DNA of 38,005 bases from Chiloscyllium plagiosum (lineage: Eukaryota): the NCBI RefSeq assembly GCF_004010195.1, contig NC_057755.1:3242581-3280585 (forward strand), given 5' to 3'. This document shows, in pieces, positions 1 through 11,296 of this stretch. The notes beneath the pieces are model-generated. The model did no database searches. It was given only the letters and a program-made list of their open reading frames with translations, and was not told the DNA's origin. The translations under genes were made by a program, and so were the position numbers. Each line of letters opens with the position of its first letter. The stretch's first letter is position 1.

Positions 1-255
1 GCGTGGGTGGTGTCCCGAACGTAGGTGGGGAGTTCTTGGACTAAGGGGGGCAGGACGGTGTCAAGGTATGCGGAGATGAGTTCGGTGGGGCAGGAGCAGG
101 CGGAGACAATGGGTCGGCCGGGGCAGTCAGGTTTGTGGATTTTGGGCAGGAGGTAGAAACGGGCGGTGCGGGGTTGTGGGACTATGAGGTTGGAGGCGGT
201 GGATGGGAGATCCCCCGAGGTGATGAGGTTATGGACGGTCTGGGAGATGATGGTT
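1..255 (-). mobile_element. Penelope-like element, reverse transcriptase fragment (continues beyond the window start)
   Basis: Minus-strand translation reads [65 protein letters not shown]; FYxLPKIHK...GRPIVS is the Penelope RT N-terminal motif. Same family as 23180-23290. Confidence 0.9.
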
Positions 256-730
256 TCCAATCAACTTTGGTAATCTCCTCGCTCATTATACTTACCTTTT
301 ACAGAAGTGCAATACTGTTATATCCGATTCCAGCTTCTGGGTAAATTCTATTATATTGTGGTCACCAACCCCAGGTGTTCTTTCACCTTAAGCTCCTAAT
401 CAAGTTTGCCTCATTACACATCACCAAATCCAGAATTGCCTGTTCCCTCATGGGCTGTGCCACAAGCTACTCCAAAAAACCCATCTCATTGACATTTCAC
501 AAATACTTTTTCTTGCAATCTGCTACCAACTTGATTTTCTCTGTTTATCTGCACATTGAAGTAGCCCATGAATATTGTAATTGTGTCTTTTTTGCATGGT
601 TTCTCCATCTCCTGATTTGTTTTCTGCTCCACGCCCTGACTGCTGCTAGGAGACCAGTAAGTAACTCCCACCAGGGTCTTGTATCCTTTGCAGTTCCTCA
701 ACTCTACCTACACAGATTCTATGCCTTCTA
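256..730 (-). mobile_element. CR1 LINE, degenerate endonuclease region
   Basis: ORF 486-701 LVGVTYWSP...TIFMGYFN resembles the CR1 EN motifs VGVxYRPP and xMGDFN; homologous to 28623-28871. Confidence 0.75.
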
Positions 731-789
731 TTCTTATAAGGATCAGGGATGAGATATACATTCTTTCAAAGGGTTTTGGATTGTTTGCA

Positions 790-1010
790 TTTCAGAGATA
801 GATGCTCAGTCACAGTATTCTGAGACTGTGACTCCACTTCCCCCTTTGTTCTAGACTCCCAAGTTGGGGAAGCTGCCTCTCAGCATCTGCCCTATCAAAC
901 CTTTGAAGAATTTCAGTGCGATCACTTCTCACTCTGCTGAACTCTACAGAATATAAGCTAATTCTGCTCAATGTGTCGTCATAGGACAGCCCTCCCATCC
1001 CTGAACATCT
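790..1010 (-). mobile_element. CR1 LINE, 3' ORF2 fragment
   Basis: ORF 810-998 GLSYDDTLSRISLYSVEFSRVRSD matches the CR1 C-terminal pattern GLSYEERL..L.LFSLE.RRLRGD. Confidence 0.7.
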
Positions 1011-1065
1011 GTCAAATGTAGCTTTCGTACATTATCATGGTAAACTCTAATGCACACTTTGGGTA

Positions 1066-1310
1066 CCCCCTGTAAATAGTGGCACACTGTAGAACCCTAA
1101 TAAATACTGACATTCCCAGATCTCCCTTGTTAAAACTGACACAGTCCCCCAGGGATCACTTTAAATACTGACAGACCTCCCTTGGGATCCTGGTAAATAC
1201 TGACACACGCCCCAGGAAACCGCTGTAAATACAGTGCTGTTGACATGTTTCCCAGGAATCCCTCTAAATGCTATTGTGTTCTGCAGGAAATACTGACACA
1301 CTCGCTTGGA
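1066..1310. repeat. Degenerate ~31-bp minisatellite (TAAATACTGACAC..CCC.GGGA.CCC)
   Basis: TAAATACTGAC/AAATACTGAC core recurs at roughly 30-32 nt spacing for about 7-8 decayed units. Confidence 0.7.
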
Positions 1311-1319
1311 AGCAAACCA

Positions 1320-1830
1320 AGCTGTAACAGTATTCTGTTCACCAAAGCCATATATAATTGCAGCAAAATATCCTTACTCTTTTGCAGCAACCCCTGAATA
1401 AAGTTGGCTGTACCACTTGCTTTTCTGATTGCTTGCTGTCACTTTAACTTTATATGATGCATTTATAATGATACCTAAATGGTTCTGAATATAGCATTTG
1501 CTCATCTGTAACCTTAATTCTAAAGTTATTCTGCTTTTCCATTCTTCATATTCCAATATTGGATATTCTGATTGAATATTCCGATCCAGCACCACCACCT
1601 TGTCCACTCACTGAACAGTATATCTTGGTGCCTGCTTTGTGTTGTCTTTGTAGCTTGTACTCCCACCTTGCATCATCCAGCAAATTTGGGTACTTTTCAG
1701 CCAGTCCTCTCATCTCTATGTTGTTCTTGTACATTGTAAGCAGCACTGACCCATGTATCAATTCACCAGTTATACCCTGCCATCCCAAAAATTAACCTTT
1801 GCTTTCTATCCTTAACTGGTTTATGAATTA
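1320..1830 (-). mobile_element. CR1 LINE RT fragment, highly decayed
   Basis: Frameshifted remnants of the CR1 SKFADD and LYxxxVRP regions; resembles the other CR1 copies in the window. Confidence 0.55.
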
Positions 1831-2118
1831 TGCAACATATTTTATTTCCCCCCCCCCGGCCTCTTGTCATTCCAGCAAGAGAAGAGGAATAGGATTTAGC
1901 AATCGCTGTACCAAAGAGGTGGCATAGGGACCGGGGCTGAATGACCTTCATGTTCACTCACCACACAATGATTCTGATATATGGTGCCTCAGGCACTAGT
2001 TATCATTCTTATGACACATATCTGTTTAAAATTTCTGTCAGATCTCAAACCGTGACTTCACTCAAATGACGCTCTCCAGCTTTCAAAACTCTTCTTCTGG
2101 AATATTCTTTATAATCAG

Positions 2119-2195
2119 ATTGTGCCTAATGGCCAGTCGGCCGTGAGTCTAAAAGCAGGCACCACTGCTGAAACCTACTACCAGTATTCCTTCAG
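2119..2195 (+). other. Candidate 5' UTR exon of the MS4A-like gene
   Basis: Acceptor ttctttataatcag| and donor CAG|gtatgc, 177 nt upstream of the first coding exon. Contains a TGA in the frame of the CDS (2169) and a short uORF (MASRP*), so it would be non-coding. No transcript support. Confidence 0.35.
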
Positions 2196-2399
2196 GTATG
2201 CACGTTCCAGCAAAATGTGGGTTGCCCTCAAAGGATGTCTTTTCATATTAGTATATGCCGTTAGCATTTCTGGATAACGTTGAATTCCTTTTGTTTATGT
2301 TTTGCTCAGGATCCCCTAATTATCTTGTGAAGAAAACAATCCATGTGTAGTTAATTCTCCAATAAATTGCAGATAACTAAAGTGAGGCCTTCAGCAAAA

Positions 2400-2612
2400 A
2401 TGCCTGAGAGGAACCAGAATTTATTTACTAAACTTTTTAAGCAAAAAACCACAACCGTTCGGATGCAACCCAAGTCTGCGTCTCAGAGGTCCAATCAACA
2501 AAATGTTCACCATATGCATAAACATCGCATGTCATGGATCAGTTTGTCACGTTACAAAATGGCCCATTTAACCTTAATGGAACAATTACACACAGAGTTA
2601 AGAGATTTAGGT
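2400..2612 (+). CDS. MS4A: MS4A/CD20-family gene, first coding exon (cytoplasmic N-terminus, 71 aa; exon acceptor at 2373)
   Basis: ttgcag| acceptor at 2372, ATG in AAAATGC context, open frame ending ...ELRDLG|gtaagt (phase 0). This corresponds to the MS4A 'EPKALG' segment before TM1. Symbol is family level only. Confidence 0.8.
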
Positions 2613-2699
2613 GTAAGTATTGACATCTTTCTGCCTGTTTTCTTCCCAAGTATATGGTCTCAGAAAAGTAATGTAAATTACATCAAGCAAGTGGCCTTT

Positions 2700-2860
2700 T
2701 GTTGGGAGGGTCAGTGCTAAGTGAGCACTGCATTGTCAGAAGGAGCGCTGTGTTAGAGGGTCAGTAGAAAGGGAACACTAATGAAGGAGGATCACTACTG
2801 AGGGAGTGTTACATTGTTGGAGTGTCAGGATTAAGGGAGTGCTGGGAGCATTGGGAATGC
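2700..2860 (+). repeat. Degenerate ~30-bp GGGTCAGTRCTGAGGGAGTGCTGCA repeat
   Basis: gggtcagt / ctgagggagtg / ttgtcaga units repeated about 5 times; the same motif recurs at 21905-22060. Confidence 0.65.
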
Positions 2861-3799
2861 ACTTTTTCTGTATTGTCTCAATGAGTGAGATTCAGTGGAG
2901 GAGAGAGAGACCATTGTTTCTCTTCCTCACTTTCCATTCCGTTTCACAGTATAACCTAACTCAGTAGGTAATGGAATTGCAGTTACCTTGAAAGGGGAAT
3001 GTACCATCTTTATTTGTCAAAATTCATAGCTGAAGATCTTGTCATGGAAAAATCATGAAGTTTTTTCAGCTCCTTGATCTTTTGCTACTCAGTAACTGGT
3101 GTGTATCTTAATTCTATTGATCCACCTTGGTTTCACAAGGCTTAATCCTGTTGCTCATTAGAAATCTGTCAACCTCAGTCTTAAAAGTTTTCATTTGAGT
3201 GCCAACCTCAGGTTTTTGAAATCCATATTTCCATTATCATTTTATTGATGCCATTACCCTGAATGACTAATTTCAGATTTTAGTGAATTGTGAGTGAGTG
3301 AATTGTTCCCTCACTCTTTATCAACTTTCCCAGCCCAGCCCCATCAGAGAAAAGTAATTTTTCTCTATTTATTCTATCACTCCAACTTTTTAAGCTAATT
3401 ATAACACCCATTAATCTTCCACACGCAAGGTAAAGAAGAGCAATCTATTCAGAGATAGGTGTCCTTCTAGCCCCAACATCTTTGTGATGAATTCATACAA
3501 CAATCCTGCAGAAATAATATATCTTTGATTATCAGAGCCCTAAACTGAAGACATTTTTCTACTCAGCAAGGATTGCTGACTAGAACCGTAGTGTCCCTAT
3601 ATCCCTTTGTGGTACAGCATCCCAGCCAGAGATTTTGGGGCTGATTTGCTTAGTCTTTTGTCTACTTTCTGCACATGTCACCTGTTGGTAGTGGTTATCA
3701 GTCATGTTCTGACATCAGTTTTGCACTGTAGATAGTCTACATCTCATAACTGTGTTCATTCTAAGCTTTTTCTTTCTCTGCAAACATTTGCCAATGTAG

Positions 3800-3913
3800 G
3801 CCATTGAGATCATGATCGGAATGATTCAGTTGATATTTGGCATTCCACTGATTTTTGCGGAAAGCTATTCATACCCTGCGATTATTGGAGCCCCCTGGTT
3901 TACAGGATTTTGG
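3800..3913 (+). CDS. MS4A: MS4A-family exon encoding TM1 and the start of TM2
   Basis: tgtag|GCC...TGG|gtaagt, 114 nt, phase 0/0; AIEIMIGMIQLIFGIPLIFAESYSYPAIIGAPWFTGFW matches the MS4A signature (G)AxQIMIG...FG...GxP(F/W)WxG. Confidence 0.92.
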
Positions 3914-4111
3914 GTAAGTTTATTCCAAAAATTCAAATAAAACTTAATATGCGAAGATAATGGGGAGAGACAGGAAACTTTTTACTGTGAAATTCTCACC
4001 TCCCACACCTGGTACAGGTAATTAGAAATATTTAAGGGCCTTTCTTAGAAAGGACATGGATAAGATGGAAGTCTTATGAATAACATTTAAGACTGATGGC
4101 AATGAACATAA

Positions 4112-5830
4112 AATATTGCTGAATAAAGAGATATTTTGTTGAAGCTTTTCATCTTGTAGTCCTAAAAGATATTTGGCTGAACAGTATTGCAAATATACTG
4201 TATGAAAAAGAGCATTGATTGATTGGCATGTGGACTCATCGATAGAGGAAATGCCATGGAAAATGTAGTTGATGACTAGCAGTTAGAGTGATAGAGTTGT
4301 ACGGCACGGAAACAGACCCTTCAGTCCAACTCATCCATGTTGACTGTAAACAAATAGAGTCCCATTTGCCAGTATTTGGCCCATTTCCCTCTAAATCCTT
4401 CCTATTCATGTACCTATCCTGATGCCTTTTAAATGTTGTACCAGCCTCCTCCACTACCTCTGGCAGCTCATTCTATACACACACCACCTTCTGCGTTAAA
4501 GTGTTGATCCTTGGCTCCCTTTTATATCTTTCCCTTCTCACCTTAATCCTATGCCCTCTCATTTTGGACTCCCCTACCTTGGGGAAAAGACCTTGACTAT
4601 TCATCTAATCCGTGCCCTCGTTATTTTATAAATCTGTACAAGCTCACCTCTCAGCCATTAATGCTCCAGGTAAAATAGCCCCAGCCTATTCAGCCTTTCC
4701 CTCTCGCTTAAATCCTCCAACCCTGGCAACATCCTTGTAAATCTTTTCTGAACTCTTTCAAGTTTAACACCATCTTTCCTAATAACAGGGAGACCGAATT
4801 GAGTGTAGTATTCCAAAAGCAGCCATACCAATGTCCTATACAGCTGCAACATGACATCCTAACTCAATGCACTGACCAAAAAAGGAAAGTGTACCAAATG
4901 CTGGCTTCATTACCCTGTCTACCTGTGATTCTGAGTTAATTGCTGAGTTTTGTTTAAATTTAAACCAGACTGGTTGACTCTGATTGGTCAAGGCATTGAC
5001 TTGAGGTACAAACCAGAGAATGGGTGACACCTATTTTGGTAAGTTCAAACAGGCTCAAAATTTTCACTATCTCTGCAAAGAACAAGGGCTGATGTATTAA
5101 TATATGTTGTTTCCTGTACACATAAGTTTTCTGCTTGGTGAGCCTAACTGACTAGTTTAAATTGGTAACAAACAGCTAGAAAATCTCAGCAGATCTGACA
5201 GGATCTTTGGAGAGAAAACAGAATCAATATTTCAGGTCCAATTTCTGCAGCTATTTTTTATTTTCAGATTTCCAGCATTAACAGTTCTTTGTTTTTCAGT
5301 CTTAAATTGATTATCACTGTAATTTTTAGTGCAGTCTGGCTATAATTTGTTAAATAAGCCTATTACAAAATCACGTCTAATGTTGTACACTGTTCTGAGT
5401 CTTGCAAGCACAAGTTGATTGGATATTGCCTACACCTTGCCTGTTGAGAACGACTGACAGGGCATGCTTTCATACAATCCACCAATGTTTGAGAAATACA
5501 GCCTATATACCTAGCATTATACAGGCACTGAATTTCATATATCACATTGCTTCTTTACGTGATGGACAAAACATGTTTTCTGTTAGCATCAAACATTATT
5601 CATGTTGCTATGGCATAGCTTGGCAGTTAACTATTGGCCATTGTCTAAGTTACACATTCATGGTCTCAAGGTGTTGCCATGCAGAGAGTCCCTTGCCAAC
5701 CAACCAGTACTGTCTTTCTCATACAGTATAAAATACTATTCCGCCTTTCCACTTATATACTTGTTAATGTCCTGATGAGTTTAATGCAAAAAAACTTTGA
5801 CAAAATGAGTCATTTTTCAGCAGTACTCAA
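4112..5830 (-). mobile_element. Old Penelope-like (GIY-YIG) element with inverted terminal segments, interrupted by CR1
   Basis: ORF 5363-5545 IYEIQCLYNARYIG is a GIY-YIG motif. 4113-4165 is an imperfect reverse complement of 5785-5826, and a CTGATGA hammerhead remnant sits at 5772-5778. Confidence 0.6.
4283..4930 (-). mobile_element. CR1 LINE, 5'-truncated, including 3' UTR and tail
   Basis: ORF 4658-4852 LQLYRTLV..LEY..QF.LP..RKD..LERVQKRFTRMLPGLE is the canonical CR1 ORF2 C-terminus. Confidence 0.9.
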
Positions 5831-6062
5831 GTGCTATAATACCAAACCACCAAAAATGGTACCACGATCCTTATATTCTTTCTTGCTCTCTCTCACCTCT
5901 ACTTTCTCTCTGTAGATGCTGCAAGACCTGCTGTGTTTGTCCACAATTTTAGTTTTCATTTCAGATTTCCAGAATCTGCAGTTCTTCGATTTTCTTTTAA
6001 TTGAGAGGGGACATGATGAGATTTGTAAAATTATGAGGGTCATAGAAAGGGTAGATAGGAAG

Positions 6063-7472
6063 ATGTAACGCCACTGTTTTATAAAGGAGGTAGACAAAAG
6101 ATGGGGAATTATAGGCCAGTTACCTTAACTTCTGTAGTGGGGAAAGTGCTTGAATCTATAAACAAGGAAGAAATAGCAAGACATCTAGATAGTTATCTGA
6201 TTAGCCAGACACAGCAGGGTTCATGAAAGGCAGATCATGTTTAATTAATTTACTAGGATTCTATGAAGGCATTGAGTGTGGTGGATAATGGGAACCCAGT
6301 GGATGTGGTGTATCTAGATTACAAAAAGGCATTTGACAAAGGTGCCACACATAAGGCTGCTGCATAAGATACAGGTGCACAGTGTTACGGGCAGTGTGTT
6401 AGCATAGATAGAAGATGGGCTAACGAACAGGAAGCAAAGAGTGGGGATAAATGAGTGCCTTTCTGGTTGGCAATCGGTGACTAGTAGTGTGCCTCAGGGA
6501 TTAGCAATTGTTTACAAATTACAAAGATGTTTTGGAGTTGGGGACCACATGAGGTGTGTCAAAGTTTGCGGATGACACTAAGATGAGTGGTAGAGAAAAG
6601 TCTGCAAAAGACTGACAGTTTGCAGAGGGATAGTTTAAATGAGCGGGCAAAGGTCTGGCAGATGGAATGCAATGTTGATAAATGTGAAGTCATCCATTTT
6701 GGTAGGAATAATGATAAAAGGGACTATTATTTGAATGGTAAAAAATTGAAGCATGCAGCTGTACAAAGGGACCTCGGTGTTCTTGTGCATCAAGGTTAGT
6801 TTGTAGGTGAAACAGATTATTAAGAAGGCAAATGGAATTCTGTCCTTCTTGCTAAAAGGATTGAGTTTATAAGCAGGGAGGTTATGTTGCAGCTGTATAG
6901 GGTGCTGGTGAGGTCACACCTGGAGTACTGTGTGGAGTTTTGGTCTCCTTGAGAAAGGATGTAATGGCACTAGAGGGGATGCAGAGGAGATTCACTAGGT
7001 TGATTCCAGAGTTGAGGGTGTTGGCTTACGAGAAGAGACTGAGTAGATTGGGTTATATTCATTGGAATTTAGAAGAGTGAAGGGGGATCTTATAGTAACA
7101 TTTAAAATTATGAAGGGAATAGATGAGATAGAAGCAGGGAGGATGATTCCACTGGCGGGTGAAACAAGAACAAGAGAGCAAAATCTTTAAAATTAAAAAG
7201 AGCAGCTTTAGGACTGAATTGAGGAGGAACTTCTTCACCCAGAGGGTTGTGAATCTGTGGAAGTGTCTGCCCAGTGAGGTAGTTGAGTCTTCCTCATGGC
7301 ATGTTTTTAAGGCTAAGATAGATAATTGTTTGAGCAGTAAAGGAATTAAGGATTATGGTGAGAGGGTGTGTAGGTGGAGCTGAGGCCACAAAAAGATCAG
7401 GCATGATTTTATTAAATGACGGAGCGGGCTTAGGGGGCCAGATGGCCTGCTCCTGCTCCTGGTTCTTGTGTT
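6063..7472 (+). mobile_element. CR1 LINE ORF2 (RT) pseudogene nested in an older CR1 3' end (6001-6062 plus 7473-7765)
   Basis: Frameshifted motifs GNYRPVTLTSVVGK, DVVYLD..KAFDKVPH, VPQG, SKFADDTK, WQMECNVDKCEVIHFG, RNFFTQRVVNLW. The two flanks join into a second contiguous CR1 3' end. Confidence 0.92.
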
Positions 7473-7789
7473 CTTTCCCCTTGATAGAGCAATCAGTGAC
7501 CAGGGAGCATAGTTTTGAGGTAAGGGGCAGAAGGTGTCAAGATAGAAAGAAAAACGTTTTCATCCAGTGGGTTTGGGAATCTGGAACTCACTGTCTATAA
7601 GGGTGGTAGAGGTAGAAATCCTCATAATATTTAAGAACTATTCAGATTATGTACACTTGTGATGTCTAGACATCCAGGACTATGGGCCAAGTGCTGGAAA
7701 ATGGGATTAGAATAATTAAGTGGTTGTTTTTGAGTGGAGTGGATGCAATAGACGGATGGGCCTTTCTTTGTGCTCTATGACTGTAGTGT

Positions 7790-8390
7790 CTCATTTTTTC
7801 TTTGTAGAATAGATCAGTAGCCTTTGTGGTGTCTCTTCCTTTAGACTGAATCAGAGTCTCTATATTGCGCAGTAATTCATGTAACCTGGAGACTCAATTT
7901 CTCTGAGTTAGTTTAGTGCCTTCATGGTGTCACTTTAGATTAAATCGGAACCTCTCCATGGCATCTTTCTCTCTCTTTAGTCAGAAAGTGTCTATGGTCT
8001 TTCTCCCTCTAGTTGAGATCAATATCCTTCCTACATCTCTGTCCCTAGATTAGATCAGACTGTTTTGATAATACCTCTCTTGATTAGATGAGGCTCCTTC
8101 TATGGTGCCTTTGGAGATTAGATCTCTAAATGGTGTCTCTGTAGATTAGATGAGGTTCCCTATTTGGTGTCTTTCTAAATTAGATCAGGCTCTATCTATG
8201 GTGTACCTCCTAGATTAGATTAGTACCTCTCTTGTGTCTTTATGGATGAGATTAGTGACTCTATTTTATTCTGCCCAGAGATTAGTTCACTAAATCAAAT
8301 TGTGTCTCTTTTGCTTGGATCATTGTCCCCATGGTGCCTCTCTTTTTAGGCGAGATCAGATCAGTATTGCTGTATGATGTCTCTAATTAA
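7790..8390 (+). repeat. Decayed ~31-bp satellite (CTCTAGATTAGATCAGT.TCTCTATGGTGT), block 1
   Basis: TAGATTAGATCAG and TCTATGGTGTC recur at roughly 30-33 nt periodicity. Confidence 0.8.
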
Positions 8391-8394
8391 ACTG

Positions 8395-8720
8395 AGTGGG
8401 AGATATGCTGTGCCAGGAGGTTGCTGATTGTGTTTGAGAATAATCCTACTGCTGATGGCCCAAATACCTCATAGATGACCATTGTTGAGCTGGTGGACCT
8501 GATCACTTCTGTCCAATGTAGTGCCACATAACACGATGGAGGGTGCCCCCAATGTGAAGACAGGACTTCGCCTTCATACAGATGGTGTGGTGGTCACTTT
8601 TCTGATACATTCATGCACCAGTGTATCATTGTAGGCAGCTTAGTATGAGTGAGGTCAAGCTTTCCCTCTTAATGGTTCCTCATCACCTGCTGCAGACCAT
8701 GCCTAGTAGCTATGTCCTTT
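8395..8720 (-). mobile_element. LINE fragment (CR1/L2 group, probably the second family)
   Basis: Decayed ORF2-like sequence; assigned only by general resemblance to the other LINE pieces. Confidence 0.4.
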
Positions 8721-8721
8721 A

Positions 8722-9473
8722 GATTTTAGATTCAGATTTTAGATTTAGTCTTTATTGTTATGTGTACTCAAGTAAGAAGGTACAGGAATACGAGTGAACA
8801 ATATTTTGATGTCACCATGCACAGCGCCATCTTAGGTACAAATACCTTGGTACAAAAACTTAAGAATGAGGTAGAAAGAAATAAGGAACGAAGTTAAAAG
8901 TTAAACATTACAGTCTTTCTTAGTATTAAATTGAAAATAAAGAAATCATGCTGAAAGTTCAACCATTGCAGTCTTTGTTGTGCTTAGCCATGCTGGGACT
9001 GCACTTCCCACAAGGGCTCGATCTCCTCTGTTTTGACAAGCTTTCCCTGCGCTGGCTCGGTCTCCCCTGCTTTTGTCATCATTGCAAATGTTGGGGGAAC
9101 TTCATCACTGTGGTGGGCTCACTCCTGGGATCTCAGACAGCCAAAGTCCTGATCCAGACTTTTAGCCGCTGCCACACACTGGACTGCCAAAGCCCTGATC
9201 CAGGACCCTTTGCTGGGCTGTGGCCTCATCTTCGGTCCGTGCACCAATCCTCAGTCTTGCCTTGGTCTGCATGTTGGGCACTGGGAACTTAACGTGAGTC
9301 CAGGTTCAGGCCCCCAGAGGTTGCCCCATACTGGACATGTAAGTGACCTCCAAATTCAACCAGCCCGATGCCACTCTCCAGAAGGTAAGCGAGTAGAAAG
9401 GAACTAAAATAAAATGCGAAAAGGAAGAGGAGGAGTGGATGGAATGGACAAGCCTATTTCGGTGCCATCTTGC
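8722..9473 (-). mobile_element. Unclassified non-autonomous retroposon
   Basis: On the minus strand it starts with AAGATGGCACCG, has an internal AAGATGGCGCTG, and ends with AATAAA followed by an (AATCTAA)-like tandem tail (8722-8756). Confidence 0.4.
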
Positions 9474-9499
9474 AGAAATGTGGAGCTGAACAACTGGGT

Positions 9500-9795
9500 C
9501 ACTTGTGTTTCTATCACTGTGAGGTCTGGCAAGAAGAGATGAGCTGAACATTATTAAAATGGAGAAAAATTGCAGAAATCTGCAAAATAATGTTATTTCA
9601 GGCTCCTTGTGCATAAATATTAAGCTAGCAGACAAGTTCATCAGGTAAAATAGAAGGCAAGTCGAATGTTTTCATTTATTCTAAAGGGAATGGAGTATAA
9701 AAATAGCAAAGTATTGCAAAAGCTATCCAAGGTTCTCAGCAGACCACACCCAGAATATTGTAAACAATTTTGGTCCCCTTACCTAAAGAAAGGTA
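9500..9795 (+). mobile_element. CR1 LINE fragment
   Basis: ORF 9666-9878 KGMEYKNSKV...RPHPEYCKQFWSPYLKK. Confidence 0.8.
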
Positions 9796-9985
9796 CAATG
9801 ATTGGAGGCAATCCAGTGATAGGTCTTAAGGCAAGGCTAGCATATATTGAGCATTTCGCATTGCCTGAAGGGCAATGAAGAGTCATTCACATTGCTCTGG
9901 GTCTGGAATCACATGTAGGCCAGTCCAGGAAAGGTAAGATAAGATTTCCTTACCTAAAGAGCATTAATAAACCAGACAGATCACT

Positions 9986-10288
9986 GATTAGATTAGATTA
10001 CTTACAGTGTGGAAACAGGCCCTTCGGCCCAACAAGTCTACACCGACCCACCGAAGCGCAACCCCTACATTTTGCCCCTTCACCTAACACTACGGGCAAT
10101 TTAGCGTGGCCAATTCACCTAACCTGCACATTTTTGGACTGTGGGAGGAAACCGGAGCACCCGGAGGAAACCCACGCAGACACCACTATGTGCAAACTGC
10201 ACACAGTCAGTCACCTGAGGCGGGAATTGAACCCGGGTCTTGGGCGCTGTGCGGCAACAGTGCTAACCACTGTGCCACCGTGCCGCCC
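9986..10288 (-). mobile_element. HE1-type V-SINE, full length
   Basis: tRNA-like head GGGCGGCACGGTGGCACAGTGGTTAGCAC with B box GGTTCAATTCC, V-domain GTCTGCGTGGGTTTCCTCCGGGTGCTCCGG and (AATCT)n tail. Inserted into a decayed copy of the second SINE family (about 9830-10410). Confidence 0.92.
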
Positions 10289-10439
10289 CCGGTTCTTGTT
10301 GGTTCCTTTACTAACTGCTGTACACCCTAATGCAGCTATGTCATTTAGTACCTCTTTTTAATTTCAGATTTTCATTAGTATTGTGGGATTCAAGCACATA
10401 TACTCAGAACAATACTTTGAGAACTTTTCTCATTAACCT

Positions 10440-11152
10440 GTAGGATGTATGTATCGCTGGCTGGCCAGCATATATTACCCATCTCCAGTTAGCCCTTGAG
10501 ACGGTGTTGGCGAGCTGCCTTCTTCAACTACTGCAGTTCACATGCTGTATGTTATTTAAAAATGCCCTTGGAGAGGGAATTCCAGGCTTTTGACAGCGAT
10601 ACTGAAGAAACGATGATATATTTCCAAGTCAGGATGCTGAGTGACTTAGAGGGGATCTTGCTGGTACAGTTCCTATAATTCTGCTGCCTTGACTTTCTGG
10701 ATGGAAGTGCTTGTGGATTTGGAAGATGCTGTCTATGGCCGTTTGATGAACTTCTGTAGTGTATCCTGTAGATGTTGATGCTGTTGAGGGTTGGTGGTGG
10801 ATTGTGGATGTGGTGCCACTCATGTGGTCTGCATTGTCTTGGATGGTGTCAAGCTTCTTGAATGTTGATGGAGGTGCACCCATCCAGGAAAGTGAGGAAT
10901 ATTCCATCACACTCCTGAACTTGTAGGTGGTGGACAGGTTTTGGGGAATCAGGAGGTGAGTTACTTGCTGCAGTATTCCTACCTCTGACCTGCTGTTTTA
11001 GCCACTATTCATATGGTGAGTCTAGTTGATTTTTTAGTTAATGTGCCATCCCTGGATATTGGTAGTGAGTGATTCAGTAATTGTAAGGCTATTGAATATT
11101 ACGGGTTGTGATTAGAGCCTCTCTCGTTGAAGATGCTTATTGCATGGCATTT
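10440..11152 (-). mobile_element. CR1/L2-group LINE (second family), 3' part; continues at 16945-17570
   Basis: ORF 10629-10910 MEYSSLSWMGAPPSTFKKLDTIQ; the sequence is colinear across the Gypsy insertion. Confidence 0.8.
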
Positions 11153-11296
11153 GTGCGTGAAATAACTCGAGAGGCTGGTATCTTGTCACCAAGTCATCCC
11201 TTTATGTGAAGAGTCCTTGACATTGATCCAGCTCCCTCAGAGCCAGCTCTGAGTGAGCAGGATATCTGATATTTCTGTTCTTGTCTGGCACTCCTG

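Noticed and set aside
2613..2720. Extension of ORF 2367-2720 past the donor (VSIDIFLPVFF...), and similarly ORF 25981-26202 past 26079
   Set aside because: Read-through into introns; consensus GTAAGT donors and MS4A homology define the exon ends.
7790..8390. CRISPR-like periodicity in the ~31-bp arrays (also 1066-1310, 19380-21420)
   Set aside because: Units are head-to-tail and degenerate with no unique spacers; vertebrate intronic context and no cas genes.
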